DNA of 64,000 nt. It comes from Lytechinus pictus. Its lineage: Eukaryota. Of the stretch, positions 36,649 to 51,930 are shown piece by piece. Position numbers and translations under genes: made by a program. Location of the stretch: positions 12,216,001 to 12,280,000 of the forward strand of contig NC_087250.1 of the NCBI RefSeq assembly GCF_037042905.1. The letters are read 5' to 3'. A model generated the notes under the pieces. That model was not told the origin of the DNA. It saw only the letters and a list, made by a program, of their open reading frames with translations, and made no database searches. Every line of letters begins with the position of its first letter. The first letter of the stretch is position 1.

Positions 36649-38014
36649 ACCTCGGTATAAGAGAGAGATATAATGGGGGGGGGGTGGGAGCAAAATAAAA
36701 TATATATTAAATGCGAGGTGAAGAAAGGGCGAGAGAGTGGGAGACAGAGAGCAGATTGAATGGAGAAATGACGAATAGGAATGACCAAGAAATCTACAAA
36801 GAGATTGTTTTGCCACGATCAATAATAATAGTTTTAAATTGGTAACATAGTACGAGTAAACTTGGAGATGTATCCACAATCAATACCGCCACAAACTGGA
36901 TTCACCAGTTCGCGTCTTGCAAAAAGGTATGCATCAGTTCATCGGACAGTTTTCCCTTACCCAATTCGAAATGCAGAAAAAAGATTACCATTAATGACAA
37001 AAAATCCTGAGAAAGTTTTTGTTTGCTTGTTTGTTTCTGTTTTACATCGTCATGTTTCCCGGCTGAGTTTCGGACAAGATCAAGACTGAAACTGGAGTTG
37101 ATACGCGACTGCATCACCCTGTCGCCATGGCAACTCCTCCTTCCTATCAGGCCAGGCACCCCCACAATCGACGTCTATTCAACAGCCCACAGGAAAATGT
37201 ATAAGTGGGACTGTATTTGTATAACCGCGGAAAGACATACTGTACATTAGGTTAATAAGTTAATCAAATTACTCATGGCTGTATAGATCACAATGGATGC
37301 GTTATTTAGTCAACTGCCAACACAAGATGGATGCCGCATGTAATCATAATTGAGGACCCCGACGTTGTCAAATACTAATCCATATCCATAAATTTGTGAT
37401 AGAGTTTATAAGAACCTCACCGTGTGCACCTGAATAAATCGAATATTGCATTACTCTGGATAATGTTAGTTACCCCCCGCCCCCCTTGCTACCTGTTGCG
37501 TGTTTCATAAAGCTGTTCGTAAGTTACGAATGACTTTACGCTAGACTGATGACCCTTTCTTGAGCTGTGTGATATCATCCCTATGTAGTTGACTTTCTAC
37601 CTAAGAACATGTTCCAGTCATGGGTAGAGTCGCACGTAACACCTTTTTGAGACACATATCGGTACTGCTGCTAATACCACACTGCAATACACCGGTGTTA
37701 ACACTGCACCAGGCGAGCTTGTGATATGATCATACCTTGCATTTAACGGTATTTGTGAATTAAGGTGTTACATTGTAGTTAACCCATTTCTGCTATTCAG
37801 TTTGTATTATTGACACTATCCGATGTTATATTCAAACCCTCTGATGTAGACCTATTTTAATACCTAAAGGTTCGGTTTTCCATAACACCGACTAAATCTT
37901 GGTTTTAATACCGTATCTACACAATCAACTAATAACGCAACTACTGCTTCTGATGCCACTTGTAATTATTTGGTTTTTCCCTTTTCTGCTTTGAAAATAT
38001 AATGTGTACAGAAA

Positions 38015-38535
38015 GCTGGGAGAAGTGGAAGGAGAGAATGGGGGAGAAGAAGAATTTTGGGGGTGAAAGATGAAAGAGAAGAAAAAAGAATAAGAACAAG
38101 AAAAGGAAAAGGAAGGTGAGGATGCGGAGGAATTACAGGATAAAGATGACAAGGGCGTGATAAAAAGAAAAAGCGCGAACATCATAAACGGCGTAAACTA
38201 CAGTAAAGATAGGAAGACAGATGAGAAGATGAACAAGAACAACAACGTAAATATACAAGAAGGAGGGAATAAAAGAAGAGGAAGTGAATGAAGGACAAAT
38301 AGAAAGTGAAGGAAGGAGAGCACCAAGATGAAGGTGATAAAAAATTATATGAGGAAGAAGAGGAGGAGAAAGGGGAACAACAACAAGAGGAAGGCGAAGA
38401 AAGGGAAAGAAGGAAACGTAGAAGAAAAGACGATAACGAAGGGAGGAAAATGAAGAAGAAGAACTTAAAGAAGGAGAAGAAAAGGAAGATGAAGAAGAAA
38501 ACAAATAAGAAGATAAACAAAAAAGAAGGGTGATG
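38015..38535. repeat. Purine-rich (GAA/GGA) low-complexity tract; similar tract at 42018-42430 and pyrimidine-rich tract at ~43270-43790
   Basis: Direct inspection. Confidence 0.9.
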
Positions 38536-38704
38536 GCAGATAATTTTGAGGTTGAAGACTAAAGAAGGAGACTGGGAATCCAGAGTGTTTGATATACATT
38601 AGGTGAAGAAGATAAATACACATACGGATCGACCAAAAAATACAATCCCATTAAGAGATCCGTTCGGAGACGGACCAATATCATTAAGGCTTTGCTTGTA
38701 TTTG

Positions 38705-39100
38705 CTCGATGTGTTTTGATGTGTGTCATCTATGGTCTAATGGATGTCTAGGCTCTGCTGTGATGAAGACGCTATGGATGTATGGAAAGCTTTCCGTGTA
38801 TTTTATGGACGTGTTTGGTTGTGGGTCCTCTGTAGTCATGATATTCTTAGATGTCCTGGCTTTGCCACGTTGGAGACACTATGGATGTATGGAAAGCTTT
38901 TCATGTATTTCCTAGACGTGTGTTGATGTGTGCCAACTATAGTTATGATAGTCTAATGGATGTCCTGGCTTCGCCACGGTGGAGACGCTATGGATGTATG
39001 GAAATCTTTTAGTATTCTCCTGACGTGTTTTAATGTGTGAAAACTATAGTCTAATGGATGTCTTCGCTTTGCCCGTGTGAGGACTGTGTGGATGTATGAA
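38705..39100. repeat. Diverged ~105-bp tandem repeat, about 4 copies
   Basis: GGATGTC....GAGACGCTATGGATGTATGGAAA recurs at ~38742, 38850, 38958 and 39056. Confidence 0.8.
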
Positions 39101-41160
39101 AAACCAACGCTACATGAAACAACATGGTGCCACATAAGTGTGGCCACACAGTGAACAATGTAAAAATGTTATACACACTGATAGTGGTCAAATTGTGTAG
39201 TGTTAAGACAATTTGGCACTGTGGACTAGTGTACAGTGTACGTGTTCTCAATGTGTTGACGTAGGACTATACTTCGCCTATGTGAAAATATGGCCCACCC
39301 TGTTAAAAAGAATACACAGTGTATTAAAAAAGTGTAAAAATGTTATTTACACTGTTAAAACGCTGATAGAGTGTTCACACAATCGACTATGTCAATATGT
39401 GATTCACGATGTTTAATTGCCTCAAATTCGAAATTCGAAAGATAATAGCACACTTTGGTAACCTGTGCAATATCAGTGTGATAACGTAAGTACGCTTGTG
39501 GGAATGTGTAATTCAAATTTGTTTTGTTTTACTACATCCATATCTAAAATAACAATGCTGCCCCCTTAAAAATGAATATCTTCGGCATGCACACTATAGG
39601 AGTCTCCTTAAAAATCAGCTTCATAAAGCACACCCTGAAGCGGATTTAATATTGTTAGACATCCCCAAGACACACGTTCTGCTTTGACGAAGATGGCAAT
39701 CTATTAGCGGGACAAAATCTGAGACACGAGGCATCAGATCTTATTATGGTACAGTCAATCCGGTTAAACATACTGCCCATCGACAAGTGCAATTACGTTA
39801 TTATCAATGACATTCCATCGATCGGTTTGGGTTCTGTTTTGTGGTTGTGACATGCATTATTGTAAGGCAACCCTAACACGTTCTACTTTCACGAATCTGT
39901 TAGAGGGACAAAATCTCAGATAACATTTCTTATAATGCCACACATTTAGAAAAAAGCAGAAGATTTTACTGAAGAATAAAACAACAACAGTCTTTACAGA
40001 AAGAAATATCCGAATCATTCTGTAAATTGTTATAACAAGAAAGATATTCTACAATTGTTCTGTAATTTAACAGAACAGGTCTGTTTTAAAAAAGGAAAAG
40101 CAGTTTTATTACAATAAATTTGTACGGTTACATACACCAAATACCAATTGTCTGCAATTTACACAAATGCATGTAAAATTACACAGTGCAGTAAGATAAG
40201 AGGTGTTCTCGAGACTCTGCTGCAGAAATTGTTGTCTTTTTAGGTAGAAATTTGCGAACAGTGCACTGCCATACCAGTGAAAAAGACTGCTCACCGACAA
40301 GTATATTATGTTATTAGCTATGACGCAACATCGAATGGTTTAAAGTCAGCTTTGTCATTGTGACTGGGGCATTCATAATTTATTGTAAGACAACACCAAG
40401 ACACCGCTCTTGTTTTGACGAGGATGGCAAACTATTACCGCCACAAAATCTCGGACACGAGACATCGGTTCTTATTTAAGCCAAGCGTGGGTGGACATAC
40501 GTACAAAGGCAATCAACGACGTCGATAAGGAAGGTGGGTGGGGGCATCATATTAGGTCATTATTTTTAGCAACCGCTTCGCAGACGCTTTCTATAACGCT
40601 GATAATCTTACGTCAAAAGCCCTTCATGATAAAGCGGCCTTTGTCGAAGATCGGTATATCAAACAGCAATGATAGGGCAATCCTCCCGTTTTCTATTTAT
40701 CAATTCACATGTATCATTTTATATGTATTGTTATCTGTTTTTTTTAACGAAAATAAATTCAATTCAATTCAATGTCGTCGTGTTTTCTAACGACATATTT
40801 GTATTTTTTTTCTGTCCAAATAGTAAGACGATTTGTTGTCCAGGTCCACCAACTTTCGACAATGACCCTCTAATCCGTCCATTGTAATTTGATGGGCATT
40901 TTCAATAGATTCTGAACGTTGCAGAAAGAGTCTGTGAAGTGGATGCTAAAATACGCTAATAGCCAGCCACGATGAAGCGTATGAAGCTCTAAGTTATGCT
41001 ACACTCTAAAAACACTGAGTAAAATTTTACCCAATTTTGGGTAGAAAGGGAGCATGCATGTTTTTTTCCTGGGTATTTTATTTACCCCATATTTGGCTAT
41101 TTCAACGCAACATTGCGTAAAATTTACAAAATGTACACAATTTACCCAACCAACATGCAT

Positions 41161-41503
41161 AATAATAATAATAATAATATTCCGCATTTATATAGCGCTT
41201 AACACATCGGAACGCGCTTTACAGATATATTATTACCCCGGTCATCGGATCCTTGCATGCCCGCATACAATGTATGCACCTTCTCCACTCCCTGGGGAGC
41301 ATTCCAACAAGAGTTCTAAGACTCAATTGCTAGGCATACTACATAGGCTTTCGCATCCTACCGGGTACCCATTTAACACCTGGGTGGAGAGTGGCAAATT
41401 GTGGATTGACGCCTTGCCAAAGGACGCTAGGCCATGGTGGGATTCAAACACACGACCCTCTGATTACAAGGCGAGAGTCAGAACCGCTACACCACGGCGC
41501 TTC
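41161..41503 (-). mobile_element. Full-length tRNA-derived SINE inserted in a CACT-ended MITE (41002-41550)
   Basis: Minus-strand head GAAGCGCCGTGGTGTAGCGG..GTTTGAATCCC, ACCCAGGTG..AATGGGTACC core, (TTA)n tail; TSD CATGCAT at 41154-60 and 41504-10. Confidence 0.85.
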
Positions 41504-44305
41504 CATGCATGTTTCCATTTCACACAATATTGGTAAACTTTTTTAGAGTGTCGTGTCACATTGGTAATACCGACTCCAGACGGATAAAAAACTATTACTT
41601 TATTACCAACGACGTACCATCGGTCGGTTTTTCGTTCGTGCGGCTGTAGCATTAAGCGCGGGTGGATGTACAATGGAAGAAGATGGTTGATGGCATTATA
41701 ACATAAGATAAATCCGTGAAGTAGCATAACGGAACCACGGTGCTCTTAACATAAAGCTTGGGGATTGATTGTGGGATGGACTTTTACGATTTATTGCATT
41801 GATTAACGTGTATGATCACTCCTAAAAATCATCTTCATGATCAATTGCTAAGTTTTATCTTACGGGGCCCATGCAGGTACAGATCTCACACGCCTAAATA
41901 CTACTTGAAAGCAAAAGGTATTCTTTATATAGACCAAATTCATTCATAGGATTGTAATTTGATGTAGATGAGAGAGGAAAATGTAGGAATATCATGTGGC
42001 GTCTAACACTGATTCTAAAAGAAGAGGAAGAAGAAGAAAAAGAAGAAGGAGAAGAAGAAGAAGATCAAGAACAAGAATAAAATAAAAAGGAGGAGAAGAA
42101 GGAGATGAAGAAGTCGAAAAAGGAAAAGGATGAGGAGAAGAAGAAGAGGAGAAAAAGCAGATGAAGAAAAAGAGGAAGAAAGGGGAGGGGAAACAGAGAA
42201 AGAAGGCAAAGAAGAAAAAACAGAAGTAGAAGAAGACGAATAAGAATAAAAAAATGAATGAGAAGGAGGAGAAAGAGGAGAAGAAGAAAATGGAGGAGAA
42301 GCAGAAGAAAAAGGAGAAGGAGGAGATCGGGAAGGAGATGGAAGATAAGAAGAAGAAGAGGAAAGAGTAAAAAAAGAGAAAGAGAAGAAAAGGAAGGTAA
42401 AAAAGGACGAAAAGAGGGGAGAACTGAAAAACTATAAGGAGGTAACAATTCAAAATATCATGAAAGAAAATAATATTGGAGAAGAAAAAAAAATAATAGT
42501 ACAACAGTAAGGTAGCTTTGAAGTTATTATTCGTCAAATCACGGATACTTGAGTTGTGATCCAAAGAGAAATTGATCTTGCTCTGTAAGTGGCATCTTTC
42601 ATTACGGAGTAAATAGATTGATTCTATTACAATTTCAACTTTGGTATTTGTGGATTGTGAGCAAACAATCTATTATTCCTGAGGGCAACACATTCAAATT
42701 GCAAAAAAAAAAACAAGATTGTGACGCTGATATTGAGACGATTAATGCCAACATACACGATGGAGGAAAATCGCGAAAAATTGAGAAATAGAGAACCGCC
42801 AAGAGAAATGGAATGTAATACAAAGTTTCAAAACGTTTGTATTGCCGGTATGAGTATTGCCAGCTATGGCGTGTTTTCATATTTAAAAAGAAGAATAGTT
42901 GCCCCCGAATGTTTAAAAAATTCATTGCCTTATTAGAAACAAATACCTCATTGCATTCATATATTATATAATTATCATGGATTAGAAAGTAGACCCACAT
43001 TAACCGTGGAGCCATAACACTCCGTAAAACAATGCAGCTTTTTAGATGTTATAAAAATAACTTACTAACTAACTTAATTGGTTGAATACAAAACTTGATA
43101 CTTTTCTGTAGTGTTTTTAATACCTTTTCCCTCAATTTATTTGGTCGTTCTTTTCGCACCTTAATAGCTTTCTCCCTTTGCTTTCCAGCTCTGCGTTTTT
43201 ACAGCCTTAATCATATCATGTCATTTGTCTAGGCAATTTCGCTCGTGTCTTTGTCTTTTTAATACAATTTCATATCTCAGACTAAGCGTATCCCCCTTCT
43301 TAATTCCCCCTTTTTCAATATGCATACTCCCCTTCTTTCTTCACTTTCTATTTTTCTCTCTCACTTTGCATTCATCCCAAGGTTTAACAAACTTCTGTAT
43401 CAGACGTTTTCTTTCTATATATCTTTGCCCTTCCTTTCTCCCTAATTGTCTCTACCCCCCCCCCCCTCTTTCTCTCTTTTCCCCCTCTCTCACCTTCCAT
43501 TACCGCGAACTTCAAATTTTCCTCTTTTTTTGAATGTCTAATATTCAGCATTCTCTGTATTACACATTTTTCCTTCTCTTCTCCCTTTCTCCCTTCTCCT
43601 TGCTTTACATCACGGTAAAACGAACTAAAAATTTTCATGCCTTGTTTTCTAAGATGTATTGGAATGTATCTCTCTCTATCACATGTTTTTCCTTTGTATT
43701 TCCCCCTCTCTCACTCTACCCATTCCACACTCCCCTTTTCTCCCACTTTCCCACCCCCTCTCTCCCTCTCTATTTCTCACTCTCATCTTCCATTACCGCA
43801 CGGTTCAGTGAACTCCTTCAATTCCCATCCCGTCCCGGCGGATCGCCGGACCGTGATGAATTAACTCCGCGTATCGTTCTCGGTTTACTAACCATCCGAA
43901 ATCTTCCCCAGACAAGATCCGACACAACACCATGATTGCAGCTCAAGCGGTAGATCCCAGAAGAGTACATGCAATAACGATTGCCTCCACCCTATTCAAC
44001 CTCGAAATAACCTTGTAAATTCCAGCTCAAATGCTTCCCTCAAAAGCATCTTACCAGGTACGCTATTATAGTAAAGACCAATTTCGATTTGTCCCGATAG
44101 TTAGATTGGTCCATCTCTCTTACGCGCGCGCACACACACACACACACCCTCACCCACTCTCTCGCGCCTGACAGAGCAGTATACTTAACTTCAGTCACCA
44201 ATTATAGGGCTTGCACACGATCGTACGTACATGTATATTCTATCATCAAGATATAGTATACATCAATAATTTCTAATGAAGGTTAAATTCACCCATCTCT
44301 ATAAC

Positions 44306-44336
<31 letters not shown>

Positions 44337-46811
44337 CTTTACCCATCCACACCCACCCTTCCGCACCAAACAGAGCAATATACTTCAACCACCATTGGTT
44401 GGATGTTCGTACGAAATGTGTACTCTATCATGTTTACAGTAAACAGTGATGCTGCTGTCAAAGTCCAATTACATTGCTTTTTTCTTTGAGCATTTTCCTT
44501 TTAATTCCTTTATTGACTCCGACACACACACACACACCCTCACATAAATCGTATGTCAATGTATAAGACTTTATATTCAAACTTCCCCACATTTTTCTTG
44601 AACGTTGTGAAGTTATTTATATTCCGTCTTATTAGTAAATAACATGAACAATGCGTTGAATTTCTAGCGACAGTTTAGATTTGGCCATCACTCTAACCAC
44701 ACTCACACACATGCAACCACAGCCGATCCTTTGCACGTTTTTGTCCTTTTTAAAATGTGAACAAACTTTGATAGAAACAAAGAAGGCTTTCGGCATTTTC
44801 GGGTTGTGTGGGAAGTGCGAATTAAAAAGACACATTCTAAAAATGTTCCCTGAATAAATTCGTGGAATTTGAATTTGAAATGAACATTTTTAGCCTACAA
44901 CGTGCTTGTTTGGTGCGAGTTCTTCCTTAGATGAAGCAATTAAAGATGAGGTGTTTATTCTAATATTATCATTACGTTATTCTGAAAGAGACACAGACTG
45001 AAAGCAAAATATCTGATTGAGAACAGAGCATGCATGCAACACTATTCTGTATTCTAAAAGGCTGAAAATAACAAGAGCAGAATAATCGTCGGGCAACAGG
45101 CGATAGACGTCCACAGACCTAGGAAAAAAGCCATATCAAATGTGAAAAGATTCCCTGATGAAATAAAATGTTTGTTTTTCGACTTTCAATAAAACAAGTC
45201 CCCGGTCATGTGCCGATAGAGATCCCTGGCAATTGTGACCTGATCAAAGCAATTCTTGCCAAATGAGAGAAAGATTTGTTTTGGATTTCTGTTTTTTTCG
45301 ATGGCATCTTCCTTGGTCCATAAACGACAGAAAAAATAATATAAAACTTGAAAGCCAAGATTTATTTTGTCAACAGAAAGACAACAAAATGTTTATTTTG
45401 AGCACATGTCTTACAATCTCTTCTTTTTTATAATTCTGTTGCTGTATGAAATACACATCCATTTCATCCCAATTTTGTCCTTTTTTTAATAATTGCATAA
45501 TTCTGCTGCTTATTTTATCTTAGTGTTTCTCTCTTTGTATGGTTTCATTTCCTTTTCAATTGACGTTTGCCACCGTTGCATTATTTTTCTCATTTTGTTT
45601 CAGTCCTAGTTTTTTGTTTGTTCCATGTATTTCCCCATTAATTAACACTTTAAATCATCAAGATCTCTCTATATCTTTCTGTCAAAGCCTGGGGATTATT
45701 TAATGTTTTCCATCTTATCAAATCGTCAACATGGTCGACAGCACCCCATCTCTTTCAACCCCTCTTTCTTGCGTCACGCTACCGGATGGGAGCTAAGTAC
45801 AACACTCATGACACTCCAAACATGTTAACAACGAGGCATACATGATTGTCTGATTTTCTATTCATAACATATATTTTCGTCATGACTTCGTTTTGCAAAA
45901 AGCGGAGAAATAAAAAAGAACACACATACAAAAATCTTTATATACATACAATCTATTCATGTGAGGAGAAGTGCTAGGGAACGAACTGATTGAGGAAATT
46001 CTATTAACAGTATATGTAAGGCCTTTTCAGTCGATTCAAAACACGAATATGAAATAAACCTTGACATTTGGAGATAGCAAATGAGAAATTTTTATCTTAT
46101 TCTTCGAAATCATATTTTTTGCAACAAGTGATGTGGAAATAGGGAAGAAATTGAAATGTGCACATATAAAGGGGATGTAAGGTACAATGCGATATTAACA
46201 AGAATGATAGAATAAGAAGAGAGTTTTTTTCGTGCGAAAATCTTCAAATGTGGAAACACTGACTAACAAACAGAAATGATGATTGTGGGGGGGGGGGGCA
46301 AGTACACTGATATAATTATGTTGTGCATAATTATGTTACACGCTCGACCACGGTTTGACAAATAAAAATCCATAAATTGAAAGAAACACTGACCAAATTA
46401 CAATATCGTATAAGCAAGGGGAGTCATTTAGCGCGGTCAATGTGAGGACATGTGAGGGTGCGTGTGTGTGTGTGTGTGTGTGTGTTTATGTGGGTGATGT
46501 CATACTCCCAATTTAAAATATAGTATATATGTGATATATCATACATGTGTATAGATTTGGCGACTCTATTTAAATATGTTGTGATAGAAATAGACATATG
46601 GCCTAGAAAACAATGATAGGCATATAGCTTAAATATAAGTTTCCAAGAGCCATCATCCGTTTTGAATTTGCACTGTCTTTATATTTAAAAATGGAGTGCA
46701 ATTGGCTGGACGTGATCTACTATCATTACCATATACTGTAAACTGTTTAACATTTGATGAATTAAGAATTGTTTATCATGGCTTTCTGTCACATGTCCGC
46801 GGTTAGTGGGT

Positions 46812-47380
46812 AAAAGACAGAAACGTCCCCATTTACAGATACATGCACATTCCGACACGCACGCATCTACACAGGGACACACACATAGTCACCCACACTT
46901 CACGTCCACGTATCTATTACCCCCTCTCACACACGCACACGCACGCAGACTTACAGAAAGCAAAAAGCAAAAGCCCTCCAATATTCCATTTGCTAAGATA
47001 AACAAATCGGTGACGAAAAGGACAGATGATATTAGATCCCACACTAAATATCTCACCTAATGGACGGCCTTAAATGTGACAGATAAATGTCCCCATTTGT
47101 AGGTACATGAACATTTTGAAACACACATATAATGACACACATAAAAACGTGAGCGTCTACGCATCTTAACTCATAAAAACACACACACGCGCGCACACTC
47201 ACAGAAAACATTGCACGTGCATTAAGAGAGGATTAGATTCATGGCAATAAAAAAGCAAAAGCCCACCAACATTCAATTCTCTAAGATAAACATGACGACA
47301 TAAGATCCCAACTTAGCCCGAAAAAAGTGTCTTTGAGGCAAATTTGATATCTCAACTGATGGATGGCCTTAGATGTGACA
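46812..47380. repeat. Diverged tandem duplication, ~270-300 bp x2
   Basis: Repeated blocks GTCCCCATTT..TACATG.ACATT, AAAAAGCAAAAGCCC..CTAAGATAAACA and TGGA.GGCCTTA.ATGTGACA. Confidence 0.75.
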
Positions 47381-50300
47381 AAGATGTATTACTTTGTCAC
47401 CTCCCATAATAAGATCTCTTAAAAGCTCTGGCTTGTGCATGCTGATCCTGCTGACTTAACATCCTTCTGTTCTGACGTACAATGCTTAACCGAGCTACAT
47501 GTAAAAGGTATATGAGATGTAAAAATAACCTCACAATAACTTCTTAATTCCATTGAATATCTAGCCAATCGGACATCATGCATCGGTTATTTTCCAGCAC
47601 CCTCTTTCATTAGGTCTCCGTTTAAAAGATAGGAAATGACATTATTTCCGAACAAAAAATAGTGAGACGAAAAAGTTCTTCATCAAACTATGTACATATT
47701 TTGATCACTTTTCAATTCGATCCTAATTTGGTTCACCTTTTTTTTCTGATCTCTTTTCTTCTTTAATATGTTGTTCGTGTTGAATATCATGAAATATTTA
47801 GATATGTAACAGATGAAATATGACAATCGCATGATGCTTGTCTGTTTTGTCCTGAGAACAAGAATTTAAAATTCCAGAAATCAAGAACAAAACGACGATC
47901 AAATAAGACATCGAAAATGTGCGCTTTCCTTTGAGCGCATTATAATCCAAAGAGAGCTTGATCAGACTGGCATTTATGGAGAGTGACAGTTAACGGAATA
48001 TGTTACACGACTCACCATTAAAGCAGCAGCAAAACAATAAAAAATAAAAATAAATAGCAAGTCCTAAATTTAGTTCATTCTTTCTTCATCCAAGAATATT
48101 CTTAAAGAGTTACAAGATCTGTTAATGCCGCATGGTCATGTATAACATATTTCCTACAATTTTCTTTTTATAAGTTAATCTGATGTTCATATTCAGACAT
48201 CCAATGAGCTGTTGAGTAGTTCAGTAAACGAACTATCAAGACATGATCTGTAACAGAGAGAGAAATGGATAGAGAAGGAAAGGGTATTTCAAAAGGCAGC
48301 GTGGATTAGTTGGATTATTCGATGGCGTGCAATGGTCCGAAAAATAGAGATACATGGATGAATGCTTATACTTTACCTCTCATGTTTACCGCTAAACATG
48401 TCAGTTCTTTGTGATTTTGGGTATTCCGCTGGTATTTAAAACACAAATATAAATATTACTTTCATCTCCATTTTTAAATCCTGATTACATATCTGACTCG
48501 TCTTACCTGCAAAGAAACGTCCTCGTTCATTTGTAAATCCCCCGATTATTATTATTATATTTTTTTTTTTTTGGGGGGGGGGGATCATGGAAGCGCACGA
48601 AACGAGGGGGGAGGTTTTTACTAGAAAATGTATGGTGGTCTTGAAAAGTTAGCGAAAATAGTTAATGGTTATAGAGGACAGGATGTAATAATGAGATATC
48701 GTCATTAACTAATGTTCTCGAGTTGAAGGAAAATATAACCATTCTCTGGTCGGCGCAGCAATCTTTTTTAGCTCGTTTAACATGAAGCTTTGTGGTATCT
48801 GTTACATCTTACATGTTTGACGGATGGGGGAGAGGCGAAAACATTACTCTCTTTACGATGATCTTATACAGGGGCTTGTTTGAATTAGGACATGGAGGTG
48901 ACACGATCATTCTGCCTCGGCAGCTTATAATTGGAAGTGTTTCAAATCACACATGTTTTCACACATGATCTTATACACAGGTTTGCTTGAATGTGAACAC
49001 GTTGGTGATAAGGACCTTGTAACATGTCTAAGCTGGTGTCTTTAACAGTGAAAGTGTTTTCACTTTGCTTTCACACATGATATCACACAGTTTTGTGTGA
49101 ACGCGAATATAATGGTGATGAGGTCCGCGTACGTTCAACAAGTGTTTCGAATTACACCTTTGTTAACATTATGATCCTTTACACAAGTAGTTGTTTATGT
49201 GAATATGACGGTTTACTTTCAATTCGTCTAATGCCGATTCGTCCGTTTGCCAACTCGTCTACTAACATTTGGTCTACCCTTAGTTCGTCCATTATCCACA
49301 TGGTCTTATTGCCGATTCGTCCACTCACCAATTCATCTAATAACCAGTTGGTACAATAAATATTTGCTCAATATACTATTTGGTCTAATTGGACGAAGCG
49401 TTAATTGTGCGAAACGAATGAAAATGAAATGGATATAAGACCAACTGGTTATGGGACGAAATGGTCATAGACGAAATGGTTGTTAGACGAAGTGATGATT
49501 GGATCAAATGGTTATAGGACCAAATGGTCCTTAGACGAATGTTGATGGACGGAATGGCATTAGACTTAATAAAAGTAGACCATGTGGTGAGTGGACGCGT
49601 TGGCAGTAGACGAATTGGCAATTTACCCTCATAACATGTCTTAGTAGATCACTTTAACATTGTGTTTCAAATCACACCCGTGTTTCACACGTGATCTAAT
49701 GCACAGGTTCACGTGAATGTGAACGCAATGGCGTTAACGTCCCCCTAAGCAAGCATGTTCAACATTGAATGTGTTTCAAATTTCACCTGTGTTCACACGT
49801 GGCCTTACACCATGCACTCGCAAATCTGTCTCGAGTGAATACATGGGTGGTGGAGTCGCACACGTCCCGTTTAGTTATACTACCCCCCTCCCCGATACGT
49901 GGGAGTACATCCTCTTACAGCATGCCACAAGCCCTCCCTGGAGGACTCCGTTATGACACCTTACGAGAAGCATCGTCGCATTTCCAACGACATTAAGCGA
50001 CAGTCACCGGAGAAAATGTGACGCAGTTGCACATTTCCCATACATCTTTAAAAAACCACTGTACAACTTCCCACCATTAGCGTTTCCCATCTGTATTCAA
50101 GACGTTCAACACAAAACCTCAAGGAAACATATAATGTCTTGTCTGCCGATTTGTTAAACTCGCAAAAAAGTGCTACGTTATTTTCTTATTAATGCATTCA
50201 ATTATGCTTCCAATAACACGCATAGCAATATGATTCCACCCCATAAGCTTAAAACGACCAGGGCAATACCCCTATACTTTAAAATTAGGCAATATTATTT

Positions 50301-51464
50301 ACTATTACCTGTAATTGCGACTTTCCAAAGAGATACCACCATTTACTTTATTATTGCCTGAGGGTATGCTGTATAGAAGGAAAGCAATTTGAGATTACTC
50401 TTCGGTGCCCTCGTCCTACTTACCTTCGCTCCGGCTGACCATTAATCATGCTTCTTGTTTTTCCCGATGGAAATGGACTCCTTCAAATACTCCAACGGAC
50501 TCGCTCCCTTGATTTGTTCCGAATTATGCATGCGTTATGGTCAGAGCAAAAACGTGCGTAATTTGTGAAATCGTTTTCAAAATACTTTTCGAAATGTTAC
50601 GAGAGCGCTGGCCGTAGCCTCATTCCACGAGCTGGTCATATAAATATTTGTGGGTGCAAATCTCCAAAATATTCTTGTGTAAGATGCACAGATAGTTCCT
50701 ATTGAATAACAAGATCATTAAACATAAAAATCTATTCAAGAATTTATGTCTGCTCCTTCGATCAAAAAGCATGATTAAAAGAACCCCTCTTCAGTATATC
50801 CATCATTAATGAGATATATTGTATTACACGGGTGATTTATTATTGCATGAACAAGACAGTCATCAGAATTTTATAAATGGAATAAAGATGAAAAGAGCGC
50901 AGAGCGGTTGGTTTATTGCATATTCCTCAGTTCATGAAGATATAAACAATATCCTCGAAACACTGCAAATCGTATAATTCAAGGATTTTGTTATATTTTT
51001 AATCAATGCTGTTAAAATCTTTGAACTTCCTTGTTAGAGTATCTCTTTAAGTTTCATATTTAACATCAAGCATTCCTTTTCTTGATCATTTCTAGTCAGG
51101 ATTTAAGAGTTGAATATTGATAGAGATCGATTTCAAACAAGTTGGATTCATTCAATTTTAGAAAGGAAGAGTAGAATTAAGCATTGTTGTGAGGGTTTCA
51201 CTCGTGCAAGCAACGTAATAGGGAGATCTTACTCGGATCGCACTTATGTGAGCACGAACCTTGCCATTATTTAGTAACATGACACAGGTTTCCCGCCAAA
51301 AGCACGCATTCACAAATTGTCAAGAGGTTGCATGGGTAAAGTCAGGTAACCTTTTCAATGTTTTATCGCCTGCTGCTGTAGTACTAAGCTATCAACATGG
51401 TATTTTATAGTTTTTTTTTAGTTATATGCAATGCCAATACTATCCTTTTCTTCTCTTATTTTTC

Positions 51465-51930
51465 TTCATCATCAGCATCATCACCACCACCACCACCACC
51501 ATAATCATCATCATCAACACAATTATTATCATCATCATCACCGTCATCATCGCCACCACCATCATGACCATCATCGTAATCATCTTCATCAACATCATTA
51601 TCATTATAATCATCATCATAATCATCATCATCATCATCATCATAATCATCATCATCATAATCATCGCCACTACCACCATCACCACCACCACCATCATCCT
51701 CATCAACATTGTGTTTTATAGTTTTATTCTTAAATGCAATACCAATACTATCCTTTTTCTTCATCATCAGCTTCATCACCACCATCATCGTCATCATCTT
51801 CATATACATAATTATTATCATCATCATCATCATTGTCATCACCACCATCATCAGCATCATCATCACCATCGTCTTCATTACCACCATCATCACCATCATC
51901 ACCACCATCATCGTTACCACCACCACCCCC

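Noticed and set aside
41992..42564. Phe/Leu-rich membrane-protein-like ORFs (also 37925-38533)
   Set aside because: Reverse complement of GAA-rich low-complexity tracts.
47480..47515. Short ATG-to-donor exon MLNRATCK (phase 2)
   Set aside because: Too short and the donor is weak; it cannot be distinguished from chance.
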